Positions 27,787 through 36,967 of a DNA stretch of 64,000 bases are shown here, piece after piece (position 1 is the first letter of the stretch; every line of letters begins with the position of its first letter). The position numbers and the translations under genes were made by a program. The notes beneath the pieces are model-generated. The model searched no databases. It saw nothing but the letters and a program-made list of their open reading frames with translations, and was not told where the DNA came from. Origin of the DNA: an uncultured Thermoprotei archaeon (GTDB lineage: Archaea; Thermoproteota; Thermoprotei; Thermofilales; B15-G2); the NCBI GenBank assembly GCA_965367815.1, contig CBDUKN010000005.1, forward strand, positions 85,333-149,332. The letters run 5' to 3'.

Positions 27787-28869
27787 ATGCAGTATCTTTC
27801 TCCTGTCGAGCCTATTCTGCCGTCTGCTTTTCTTAGAGAAGCAGTTAAAGAGGCTATAGATATTAATGAAGCTGAAATACCTGTAGTTGATGAAAATTCC
27901 CGCTACTTAGGTGTAGTAGATCTAAGACCCTTCTTTCTTCCGACAACAGATATTCTTGAGACGAGAGTCTCTAATGTCATGGTGAAGTATCCTACTATGG
28001 TTGAAGGTACTTTCTCTCCTGAAGACGCTATGCCTCTTATGGTTAATAGTGGAATTAGGGGTATTCCTATAGTTAGAGGAAAAGACGAGTATTTTGCTAT
28101 GTTTTACCACAGAAATGCTCTTGAGTATTTAAAAGAAAAAGGATTTGGTAAGAATATTAAAATACACCAAGCTATGCGAACAGTTGTTCCTTGTGTTTCT
28201 AGTGATGATACTCTCGCTAAAGCAGCAGCTATAATGAGGAGACATAAAGTTTCAAGAGTTATTGTAGCTGAAGAGAAGAAAGGATTAGTTAAACCTCTAG
28301 GAGTTTTAACTAGAACAGATATTCTACGGATACTTTTTAAATATAGTAAAAGTAGAGCAAGTTTCGGCGAAGTTTCTGGCGAAAAATATAGGTTTCTTTC
28401 ACGTAGAGTTCGTGACTTCATATCTCCTAACATAATTACTGTAAATCATGATGATTTTCTATCTGCTGCAGTGAAGCTAATGCTTGAAAATAATGTGAGA
28501 AGCCTGCCTGTAGTCAAAAATGGTGAGCTAGTAGGACTTATTGCCTCTACAGACATAATCAAGACGTATGTTCGATATATGACTCTCTACGCGAAAGCCA
28601 GAAGAGTATTTTATAAGATTCACACAAATGTAGAAGAACTTAAGCCTCGTATTGAAAGAATTATTCTCTCGAAAAGAATACCTCCTGGTGTTTCAATAGA
28701 CGTGGAGTTCTATAAACGGCGAGGAAACTTATTTGAAGTTTACGTAAGGTTCCGTACATTCAACAAATTTGTAGTATATGGCGACACTGCTCACGGATTA
28801 GAAAAAGCTTTTAGAGCACTTAAAAAGGCTATCAATTACTGTAGGTCTCAGATATTTGAGATAAGGTAG
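27787..28869 (+). CDS. 4xCBS + C-terminal HPF/RaiA-like domain protein (Hib-like hibernation factor candidate)
   Basis: Four CBS domains, FGEVSGEK insert, ~85-aa C-terminal domain with a beta-alpha-beta-beta-beta-alpha pattern. Confidence 0.7.
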   Translation: MQYLSPVEPILPSAFLREAVKEAIDINEAEIPVVDENSRYLGVVDLRPFFLPTTDILETRVSNVMVKYPTMVEGTFSPEDAMPLMVNSGIRGIPIVRGKDEYFAMFYHRNALEYLKEKGFGKNIKIHQAMRTVVPCVSSDDTLAKAAAIMRRHKVSRVIVAEEKKGLVKPLGVLTRTDILRILFKYSKSRASFGEVSGEKYRFLSRRVRDFISPNIITVNHDDFLSAAVKLMLENNVRSLPVVKNGELVGLIASTDIIKTYVRYMTLYAKARRVFYKIHTNVEELKPRIERIILSKRIPPGVSIDVEFYKRRGNLFEVYVRFRTFNKFVVYGDTAHGLEKAFRALKKAINYCRSQIFEIR

Positions 28870-28880
28870 GTGTAGCTACA

Positions 28881-29684
28881 TTGTCCGAGAAAATATCTTT
28901 CGGTATAAGTGTACTAGACACTATAGTAAAAGAAGGCTACCCCAGAAAAAGTTTAGTGCTTTTAGTAGGTGAAGGAGGTATAGGAAAATCAGTGTTCTTA
29001 GTGCTTCTCGCAAAACATAGACTTAGTTTAAACGAGCCTGCACTTTATGTGTGCTTAGATAATGATCCCTCGTCAGTGGCCGAGACTTTTGAAAGCTTCG
29101 AAGTGAATGTAGATTATTACGTTAAAAAGGGCTTACTAGGGTTCATTGACTGCTACTCTTTTAGAATAAGCACAGTTTACAGAGAAAACTACAGCTATGT
29201 TCTGAAAGTAGCGGACCCAAGGGATTTAAACTACTTGTCGCAGGTAATAGTAGAAGCTGTAGCCGAGTTGTCTATGAATAATAGGGGCTGTGTTCTAATA
29301 GATTCTTTAAATGAAATATTCCTCTATAATGATCTTACAAGAGTATCAGATTTTTTGAAGGAAGTGAGATATGTTGTGGCTAGGCACTACGGAGCCTCTA
29401 TTTTTGCGACAATACATGTTGGTTTAAGCAAATGGGAGGAGCTTAGATCTATGATAGAGCACTTAGCAGACGGTATTGTGGAATTTCGCTTAGAGCCTTC
29501 GCTTAGTGAAGCAGGTATTTGTATTAGACAAATAAGGGTAAAGAAAATGAGAGGAACACCCCACGATATGAATTGGTATAGCTTTACTATTACGAAAGAA
29601 GGTGTGGTTCCTCTGAAAGTAAAAATAAAATACAGCGAGGATAATAGTTCTAAAAGAGATGATGAGAAGGCTAAGCGCGGATAA
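28881..29684 (+). CDS. KaiC/RAD55-like RecA-superfamily ATPase
   Basis: GEGGIGKS Walker A; VLIDSL; EHLADGIV; V.KMRGT.HD. Confidence 0.9.
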   Translation: MSEKISFGISVLDTIVKEGYPRKSLVLLVGEGGIGKSVFLVLLAKHRLSLNEPALYVCLDNDPSSVAETFESFEVNVDYYVKKGLLGFIDCYSFRISTVYRENYSYVLKVADPRDLNYLSQVIVEAVAELSMNNRGCVLIDSLNEIFLYNDLTRVSDFLKEVRYVVARHYGASIFATIHVGLSKWEELRSMIEHLADGIVEFRLEPSLSEAGICIRQIRVKKMRGTPHDMNWYSFTITKEGVVPLKVKIKYSEDNSSKRDDEKAKRG

Positions 29685-29710
29685 ATGAAGTAGCCGGTGC
29701 TCTCTGATCA
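29656..29710 (+). ncRNA. Box C/D sRNA candidate overlapping the 3' end of the ATPase gene
   Basis: C ATGATGA 29659-65, D' CGGA 29678-81, C'-like ATGAAGT 29685-91, D CTGA 29704-07; 12-nt guides. Confidence 0.7.
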
Positions 29711-29819
29711 AAATGCTGTATATTTGCTTTGATTTCTGAAAAAAGAGTAGGCCGAAGTTACATTAGAAATTGCTATGAGAAGAAGTAGTCTTAAATTTCT
29801 GCTAGAAAATGTCACTAAC

Positions 29820-30635
29820 ATGAGCAAGATAGAGGAATTCGCTCAAAAATACTTGTTTTCATTAAACTATTCCAAAGTAACTGAAAAAATAGTGGCTTTT
29901 ATTAAAAGGTGTTTTGAGGAAGCAGGTGTAGAAAAAGCTGTAGTAGGTGTTAGCGGAGGAGTAGATTCTTCAACTACGTTGATGCTTACAGTAAAAGCAC
30001 TAGGCTCTGAGAATGTAATAGCGCTGATAATGCCTCATGAAGGTATTACTCCTCAAGAAGACGTAGAAGATGCTAGAAGCATTGTAAAGAAAGTTGACGT
30101 GACATTCTACGAGATTGAAATCTCTAGAATAGCTAAAACTTTCAAGAAGTCGCTTAAAGAAAGAGGAATTGAGTTAGAGAAGAAAGCTTACGGAAATATT
30201 TTGGCCAGAACTAGAATGATTCTACTTTATGCTGTAGCTAACCAGCTTAATGGAATGGTTGTTGGAACAGGAGACAAAAGCGAAATACTGCTAGGCTACT
30301 TCACGAAGTACGGCGACGGCGGAGTCGACATACTGCCTATAGGATGTCTCTATAAAACGCAAGTAAGGCTTTTAGCAAAATACCTTGGTGTACCTGAGAA
30401 AATAGCATTTAAGCCCAGCAGCCCGCGCCTATGGCCCGGCCAGACGGCTGAAGGAGAACTGGGCTTCACTTATAGGGAAGTAGACCCTGTTCTCTATGCA
30501 CTCTTCGAGTTAAAGTATCCTCCAGAAAAAGTAGTCGAAGAACTCGAAGTAGATCCTAGGCTCGTTAAACGGGTTTTAGAGCTACATAAAGGAAGCGAGC
30601 ATAAAAGAAGACTCCCGCCAGTACCTTCTCTCTAG
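29820..30635 (+). CDS. nadE: NH3-dependent NAD+ synthetase
   Basis: GVSGGVDS, N..AR.RM, GTGDKSE..LGYFTKYGDG, KPSSPRLW.GQTAE.ELG. Confidence 0.95.
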   Translation: MSKIEEFAQKYLFSLNYSKVTEKIVAFIKRCFEEAGVEKAVVGVSGGVDSSTTLMLTVKALGSENVIALIMPHEGITPQEDVEDARSIVKKVDVTFYEIEISRIAKTFKKSLKERGIELEKKAYGNILARTRMILLYAVANQLNGMVVGTGDKSEILLGYFTKYGDGGVDILPIGCLYKTQVRLLAKYLGVPEKIAFKPSSPRLWPGQTAEGELGFTYREVDPVLYALFELKYPPEKVVEELEVDPRLVKRVLELHKGSEHKRRLPPVPSL

Positions 30636-30691
30636 AATTTTCTGTAAACGATTTTTCGTAATAAGTTAACTATATCTTTATTTCAACTTAG

Positions 30692-32353
30692 TTGAGTATT
30701 GTGGACGAGGAGTATCTCAACTACTATAGGTGGCTTTACAGTATCTACAGCAGAAAGTTCAGTAACCCTGAGAAAGTTTTATCAGCTCATATAATGGAGT
30801 TTGTTGAGAAAGGGTATTCTTTAGAGGAAGCGTTAAAGGAACTATATAAAAGAGCTTACGTGAGTATTTATCTTCCTTCACTGAGCATAAGCGAGCTCCT
30901 TGAACTTTCTTGGAACAGACTTAAGAGAAATCCTGTTCTCTCAATTCCCGTTTTATTTAGTGAAGCAGCTCCGGCTCTTTCGACTTTAGCCGTATTGTTG
31001 ATTATATTGGCTTTATTAACCTATTTCAGGCAAATAGGAGTGTTCAGTGAAATCATTAACGGGATCATGAGGGGAGAGTATGAGGTTTTTCTAAAGCCGG
31101 AAGTTCTCAATGCAATTCTAGTAGCGCTAGTACCCGTCGGCCTAGCTGTTATTGTCTTCTATACATTAGGTCAGTCTACATGTGCTTCATTTATCTATTC
31201 ATTAGCAGAAGACTCTCTTAAGAGGGGGTATTGTAAGCTTGAAGAAATTTGGAGTAAAGCTGTAAAGAATTTACCGAGAGTTTTCATAGCAATTCTCATG
31301 AAAAACTTAGTTGTATACGTCATTCCGATATCTTGTTTCTTAGCCTTCATCTTCTTGGGCTTAAAGTACTTAGATATGCTTGCCTTAATTCTTTCTACTC
31401 TCATGTTTCTTTTCGCCATAATACTGTACATTATTGCAGCAGAGGTAGCTCTGATATATGTTGAACCCAGTATTGTAATAGGGTCGCGGGACGCTATTGA
31501 AGCATTTAAAGAAAGTATTTTGCTTGTGCGCCAGAATATTTCGAAGGCTCTCGGGTACTTTTTACTCCAAGTACTAGTGGGAATAATTATTGGAAGTATA
31601 TCAGGAGCACTGAGCAATTTTCACATACTTTTCTCAGAAGCAGCGACACTTATTCTACTTCTCATAGTACGCCCTATTTTCGCGGTATGCTTGGCAGGAA
31701 TATACATGTCTCTCACAGGGCGAGTATTCAATGCTACACGCTTAACTGAGCCGAAGCTACTGCTAGTAGCCGGTAAACTAATGGGAAGAGGGCTCAAAGA
31801 GCTAGTCGAATTAATGAAAAAACCTCGATGGATTGTAGCGGCGTCAGCTATTTTCTTGCTCGGAGCTGTAGGAGGCTTCGGTTTAGCTCAAATAGGTTTA
31901 AAAGAAATTCTTTCTCAAAGCGTAGGCTTAGGTAAAGGAAAAATATTTAAAGAGTACTTTGCGCTATCTATTTTCACTGACATTTTCTTCCACAACTGGA
32001 GAATTGCGGCATTTACTACAGTTTCAGGTATTTTTACTTACGCGGCACCGTTCTCTATAGCTCTCTTCAACGGCATGATTATTGGAGCTATAGCTGCAGT
32101 AATGCCTCTCTTAGACCTAGCAATAGGAATAATGCCTCACGGAATAATAGAGATACCAGGCTTTCTTCTGGCGACTGCAGCAGGACTACGGCTGGCATAT
32201 AAAATGTATACAGGAGAGAATAGAGCAGAAGAAGTAAAGAAAGCGGCTTATGTGGCCTTAGGACTCATACCTATTTTCGCTACAGCGGCTTTCATTGAAG
32301 CTTTTGTGACGCCGCTCATAATAGACATCTACTTGAAGAGTTTTTGCTTATAG
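30692..32353 (+). CDS. Multi-pass membrane protein with C-terminal SpoIIM/DUF95 domain
   Basis: IFFHN...NG..IG...PHGIIEIP...AAFIEAFVTP. Confidence 0.8.
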   Translation: MSIVDEEYLNYYRWLYSIYSRKFSNPEKVLSAHIMEFVEKGYSLEEALKELYKRAYVSIYLPSLSISELLELSWNRLKRNPVLSIPVLFSEAAPALSTLAVLLIILALLTYFRQIGVFSEIINGIMRGEYEVFLKPEVLNAILVALVPVGLAVIVFYTLGQSTCASFIYSLAEDSLKRGYCKLEEIWSKAVKNLPRVFIAILMKNLVVYVIPISCFLAFIFLGLKYLDMLALILSTLMFLFAIILYIIAAEVALIYVEPSIVIGSRDAIEAFKESILLVRQNISKALGYFLLQVLVGIIIGSISGALSNFHILFSEAATLILLLIVRPIFAVCLAGIYMSLTGRVFNATRLTEPKLLLVAGKLMGRGLKELVELMKKPRWIVAASAIFLLGAVGGFGLAQIGLKEILSQSVGLGKGKIFKEYFALSIFTDIFFHNWRIAAFTTVSGIFTYAAPFSIALFNGMIIGAIAAVMPLLDLAIGIMPHGIIEIPGFLLATAAGLRLAYKMYTGENRAEEVKKAAYVALGLIPIFATAAFIEAFVTPLIIDIYLKSFCL

Positions 32354-33606
32354 TACTTCCTAGCGTCCAAAATAAGTGTAGCTAAAGCAACTGTAGCAAG
32401 TATAATTGATAAAATAAGTGCTGCTCTTAGAACATCTTTATTTACGGGTTCTTCCTTAAGTATGTATTTACGGTAATGTATTAAAGTTTTTTTAAGAGCA
32501 ATAGCATTTAGTTTAAGTACACTACTGAGCTCTTTTCCTGGAGTAGGATTGAAATACTCGTATATGTCTTTGAAAATCACTACTGAATCTTTTCTAAGTA
32601 AGTGTTTCTTATACCAGGAGTAGTCTGCGAAACGACCGTATATCTCTACAGTTATAGCGAGTATATGGTATTCGTAGAGCATGTAGTCCATGAATTCTCC
32701 GTAGCTCAAATATAGTTTAGAGGACTGAAGAATAGGATACTTTGTTACATTTGAGTACACGAGACAAATGTCTTTAAATAAGTCTTCGTCAGGAGGAGGG
32801 TCTCTAGTATAGCTCCAGGGATATAAAACTAATTTAGCTCCGCTGTGATAGCTTACTGCAAGTATTATACTGTACTTGTATTTTTCTATAAGCGAAATAA
32901 GCGCTCTTGTTTCAGGTTCGCTCAGAGGACTAGGACCTCTATACTGCAGAGAACTCTTAACTTTTATTCCTCTATCCCACATAAAGGGATAGTTTCTATT
33001 TAAGTCTACTCCACCAATCCAGTCTTCGTTAAGTTTACCGTCTCCATCGTCGTCTATTCCTTCAAACCATACATGGGACCCGCTCCTGTATAGAACTATA
33101 CAATGGTCTCCATTAACGTCCTGTGGGGGGTCCTCGTCTATTAGACCGTCTCCATCGTCGTCTACTGGGCGACAGTTTTTTCTATGCCAAGGATTAATGA
33201 ATGCTACTTCATATCCATCAGGATTTAGGAGAGGCACTATAATAAAGGAGTAGTGGTGGAGGAGTTTTCTAAAAGATTCGTTTGTTAGAAGAAGCCACGT
33301 GAAGTATAGTGGAAATTGCGCAGAAACATGTTCTCTTCCATGGTGTCCTCCTACAATCAATATAATGGGCTTTCTACCTACATCACCCACCAAGATAGCG
33401 TAAATAGATCTATTCTGCCAGCTATGCCCTATGACTATAACTTTTGCTTCTTTAAACGAGTTAAAGTAGAGTACTATTTTTTCGAAGTTCTTATAGTGAT
33501 AGTATTGTGAAAAGTCTACAGGCAAAGGAGCTACTGAAGGTATTAGAAGAGCAAGCACCGTAGCTAAGCAGGTAATTCTAGTTCTCCTGTTCAGTTTAGG
33601 GAACAC
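32329..33606 (-). CDS. Secreted, membrane-anchored M14 zinc carboxypeptidase
   Basis: HHGRE, NPDGY, GVDLNRNY, SEPET, SYHS, TVE; DDDGDGLIDED acidic repeats; signal peptide and C-terminal TM. Confidence 0.9.
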   Translation of the reverse strand: MFPKLNRRTRITCLATVLALLIPSVAPLPVDFSQYYHYKNFEKIVLYFNSFKEAKVIVIGHSWQNRSIYAILVGDVGRKPIILIVGGHHGREHVSAQFPLYFTWLLLTNESFRKLLHHYSFIIVPLLNPDGYEVAFINPWHRKNCRPVDDDGDGLIDEDPPQDVNGDHCIVLYRSGSHVWFEGIDDDGDGKLNEDWIGGVDLNRNYPFMWDRGIKVKSSLQYRGPSPLSEPETRALISLIEKYKYSIILAVSYHSGAKLVLYPWSYTRDPPPDEDLFKDICLVYSNVTKYPILQSSKLYLSYGEFMDYMLYEYHILAITVEIYGRFADYSWYKKHLLRKDSVVIFKDIYEYFNPTPGKELSSVLKLNAIALKKTLIHYRKYILKEEPVNKDVLRAALILSIILATVALATLILDARKYYKQKLFK

Positions 33607-33663
33607 AGTAGCAGATAAGAGCAGAGCTTAGATATTTTTACCTGTACCACTAGTAATAGTCAG

Positions 33664-33981
33664 ATGCCAAGAATTCTAGACACACAGTTCACAGAGAAGC
33701 TCTTCGAAAAAGCAGAGAAATTAATAGAAGAAGGTAGAATATGCCAAGTCAGCAAGTATATGTTCTATGTCATAGGTTTTCACGGAAAGTACTTTGTAAG
33801 TGTATCAGAGCAGGGAATTAAATGCAATTGTGAAGGCTTCAAAAGAAGACGAGTGTGTTCACATGCAGTAGCAGTGCTTCTCTACTTACTTAGAGAAGAT
33901 TATAAAGAGAAACTAAGTCAGGCTCTACGCAAGAGACTTGAAGAAAGCTTAGAGTTAGTAAAGCGTGGAGCAGTTCCCTAA
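33664..33981 (+). CDS. SWIM zinc-finger protein
   Basis: CNCEGF....CSHAVAV. Confidence 0.8.
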   Translation: MPRILDTQFTEKLFEKAEKLIEEGRICQVSKYMFYVIGFHGKYFVSVSEQGIKCNCEGFKRRRVCSHAVAVLLYLLREDYKEKLSQALRKRLEESLELVKRGAVP

Positions 33982-34018
33982 TACTAAAGAATATATCGGC
34001 TAAAAGAATGATATTGAC

Positions 34019-34435
34019 ATGACCGAGATCTGTTCCCGCTCCATACTTGTAGAGAAGTATAGGAGTATAGTAGATAATCAGAGAGGACATTCGTTAGTTC
34101 TTGACCTACCTAGAGAACAGGAAGGAGACGATACAGGTCCTACAGCGCTAGAGCTCTGCGTTATGAGTTTAGCTGGCTGTATTTCGACAATATACGCTGT
34201 TACAGCAAATAAAATGAGAATGCCTATTGAGTACCTTGAAGTAATTATAGAGGCGGAGAAAAACCCTGAAATAGGCACAATAGGAAAAGTCAAGACTTTA
34301 GTTAGAGTTAAAACAAGTGCTCCAGAAGAGCGAGCTAAAAAGGCACTTGAAATTACTTTGAGAAATTGTCCTGTAGGAATTCTCTTTAAGAGAGCTGGAG
34401 TAGAAGCAGAGTACTCTATTGAATTAATAAAATAG
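34019..34435 (+). CDS. OsmC family protein
   Basis: GDDTGPTALEL..SLAGC ... NCPVG. Confidence 0.9.
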   Translation: MTEICSRSILVEKYRSIVDNQRGHSLVLDLPREQEGDDTGPTALELCVMSLAGCISTIYAVTANKMRMPIEYLEVIIEAEKNPEIGTIGKVKTLVRVKTSAPEERAKKALEITLRNCPVGILFKRAGVEAEYSIELIK

Positions 34436-34475
34436 AGCCGAAACTCATTTACTCTCACTAATCTGCTTTTTCTCT

Positions 34476-35906
34476 ATGAGTAAAAAGCGAAATGTTATTT
34501 TCATAGTATCGGACACTTTCAGAAGAGATCACTTAAGATGCTACGGAAACACTTGGATTAAAACAAAGTATCTCGAAGAATTTGCGTCAAAATCTATAAT
34601 ATTTGACAGAGCCTACTGCGCTTCTTTTCCTACAGTTCCGGCTCGTCGCGACATATTCACTGGACGCTACACTTACACGTACGCGGGCTGGGAGCCTCTC
34701 AGGCCAGATGATAGAGTAATAGCGGAAATGTTAAGGGAGGCAGGAATATTAACGTACCTAATAGCTGATACACCGCATTTCCTTAGGGATGGATACAACT
34801 TCCAGAGAGGATTTCATGGATGGATGTGGATCAGAGGGCAAGAGAACGACCTCTACTTAGTTTCGCCAGGAAAAATGAAATTTCCCTGTGATCCAAGCAA
34901 GCTAAGAAGCCCAGATTTCACTGTAGTACAGTACCTCAGAAATATTTCGCTTAGACGCTATGAGAGCGACTTCTTTGTAGCTCAAACAATGACTGAGGCA
35001 GTTAAGTGGCTTGAAAGAAACTATGGGCGCCAAGGCTTTTTCCTTTATATAGACACATTCGACCCTCACGAACCATGGGACCCGCCAAAGTGGTACATAG
35101 AAATGTACGATCCTGGCTACTCGGGCGAAGAGGTAATTTACCCGAGATATGATTACTGCGACTACCTGACTGAAGAAGAATTGAAGCATGTAAGAGCACT
35201 ATATGCAGCAGAAGTAACTCTAGTAGATAGGTGGTTCGGGTATCTCTACCAGAAAATAGAGGACATGGGTCTACTCGATAACACAATGATAATATTCACA
35301 ACAGACCACGGCTTCTTACTGGGCGAACACAATATTGTAGGCAAATCAATTATCAGAGGAAAAGAATTTTCCTTTATACCTCTGTATGAAGAAATAGCAC
35401 GAATACCTCTAATAATCTACCACCCTGAAATAGAGGGAGGCAAGAGAGTAGATGCAATAGTACAGCTACCAGACCTAGTACCTACAATACTAGAGTTCTT
35501 TGGAGTAAAAATACCTGAAATAGTCGAAGGTATGTCGCTAATACCACTAATGAAAGGCGAAGTAGAGGAAATACACGAATTCGCTGTATCGTCTCCAACA
35601 ATTAAAGGAGGACCTGTAGCAAACAAATGCACTACTATAAGCACTAAGAAGTGGAGCCTTATTTTCAGCGGAAAACCAGTAGAAAAAACCACTGAAATAA
35701 GAGACGTAGACAGCTTAGCAAAGAAGGCCAAGAAAACAGAAAAAATCAGAATAGAGCTTTACGACCTAGAAAAAGACCCTAAGCAAGAAAATAACATAGC
35801 TGAAGAAAACATGGACGTCGTACGTGAACTAATACACAAGTACATAGACTTCCTAAGAAAGCTCAAAGTTCCAGAAGAATTAATTAAACCATGGATGATA
35901 GTTTAA
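34476..35906 (+). CDS. Sulfatase-like (alkaline phosphatase superfamily) hydrolase
   Basis: SDTFRRDH, PTVPAR, DPHEPW, TTDHG, ELYDL..DP. Confidence 0.88.
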   Translation: MSKKRNVIFIVSDTFRRDHLRCYGNTWIKTKYLEEFASKSIIFDRAYCASFPTVPARRDIFTGRYTYTYAGWEPLRPDDRVIAEMLREAGILTYLIADTPHFLRDGYNFQRGFHGWMWIRGQENDLYLVSPGKMKFPCDPSKLRSPDFTVVQYLRNISLRRYESDFFVAQTMTEAVKWLERNYGRQGFFLYIDTFDPHEPWDPPKWYIEMYDPGYSGEEVIYPRYDYCDYLTEEELKHVRALYAAEVTLVDRWFGYLYQKIEDMGLLDNTMIIFTTDHGFLLGEHNIVGKSIIRGKEFSFIPLYEEIARIPLIIYHPEIEGGKRVDAIVQLPDLVPTILEFFGVKIPEIVEGMSLIPLMKGEVEEIHEFAVSSPTIKGGPVANKCTTISTKKWSLIFSGKPVEKTTEIRDVDSLAKKAKKTEKIRIELYDLEKDPKQENNIAEENMDVVRELIHKYIDFLRKLKVPEELIKPWMIV

Positions 35907-36113
35907 GCAGATTAGCTGCTTAGGCAATATTGATTTATTTTTACTTACTTAAACTTATAGAAAATAGCCTAGAAAACAGTCTTAGGCGTAAGTAGAAGCT
36001 TTTCCAAATAAAATGTAGTGAAGTATTTTTTCTTAAACAAAAAGTCCGTCGTGTATTAAAGAAATATGAAGAACATGAAGCTTAATTAAAGAAACAATAA
36101 GTTCAGTTCCAGA

Positions 36114-36169
36114 AGGTCAGCAAGGGGGTTATCTTCACTAATCTGTGTTCACGGCCGTTTCATCATGCA
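36114..36169 (-). ncRNA. Box C/D sRNA candidate
   Basis: Minus strand: C ATGATGA (36160-66), D' CAGA (36142-45), C' GTGAAGA (36132-38), D CTGA (36117-20). Confidence 0.75.
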
Positions 36170-36235
36170 GATGATGTTATCCGTCCTTCTTAATATTTTT
36201 TTCTATTTTTGAAGAAATAGTGAAAGATGGAATAT

Positions 36236-36895
36236 TTATTTAGTTTTTCTCAGTTCTTCTACAAGTTTTTTAGCTACTTCAACTGCTTTAACAGCATCTT
36301 CTGCATATCCATCTGCGCCTATTTCTTTAGCGAATTCTTCTGTTATAGGTGCTCCGCCGATAAGTACTTTGAATTTATCTCTAATGCCCTTTTCTTTGAG
36401 AAGGTCTATTACTTTTTTCATATTGAGCATAGTTGTTGTCAAGAGGGCTGACATAGCTATTATGTCTGCGTTTACTTCTAGTGCTTTTTCAACAAATTTT
36501 TCTGCAGGAACATCTACGCCTAAGTCGTGTACTTCAAATCCTCCTGCTTCAAGCATTGTAGCTACAATGCTTTTACCTATATCGTGTAAGTCTCCTTCAA
36601 CTGTACCTATAACTACTACTCCTATTGGTTTGAGAGTCTTTCTTTCTTTGAGTAGTAGGGGTTTCATTATTTCCATACATTCTTTAAATGCTTCGGCGGC
36701 AGTAACTAGTTCTGCCAAGAAGTATTCTCCTTTCTCAAAGAGGTCTCCTACTTCCTTCATTGCTGGCGACAAAGCCTTATCTATTATTTCTAGAGGAGGT
36801 ATTCCTTGGTCAAGTGCCTTTTTAACTAATTCTACAACTTTGTCATATTCAAGCTGAACTAAACTCTCTTTAATTTCTTGAAGTACATCGCTCAT
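36236..36895 (-). CDS. Corrinoid (B12-binding) methyltransferase cognate protein
   Basis: GTVEGDLHDIGK, DLGVDV, SALLTTT, IGGAP, IGADGYAEDA. Confidence 0.93.
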   Translation of the reverse strand: MSDVLQEIKESLVQLEYDKVVELVKKALDQGIPPLEIIDKALSPAMKEVGDLFEKGEYFLAELVTAAEAFKECMEIMKPLLLKERKTLKPIGVVVIGTVEGDLHDIGKSIVATMLEAGGFEVHDLGVDVPAEKFVEKALEVNADIIAMSALLTTTMLNMKKVIDLLKEKGIRDKFKVLIGGAPITEEFAKEIGADGYAEDAVKAVEVAKKLVEELRKTK

Positions 36896-36967
36896 ACTTT
36901 TTTAAATTTTCTCTAAAGTATTAAAGAGTTTCCGCTTGACTTATAGGTCTTCGAGAAAACATTAACA

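Noticed and set aside
33030-33165. Repeated CCGTCTCCATCGTCGTCTA as a DNA repeat or CRISPR
   Set aside because: Two copies inside a CDS encoding DDDGDG calcium-binding-type loops of the M14 peptidase
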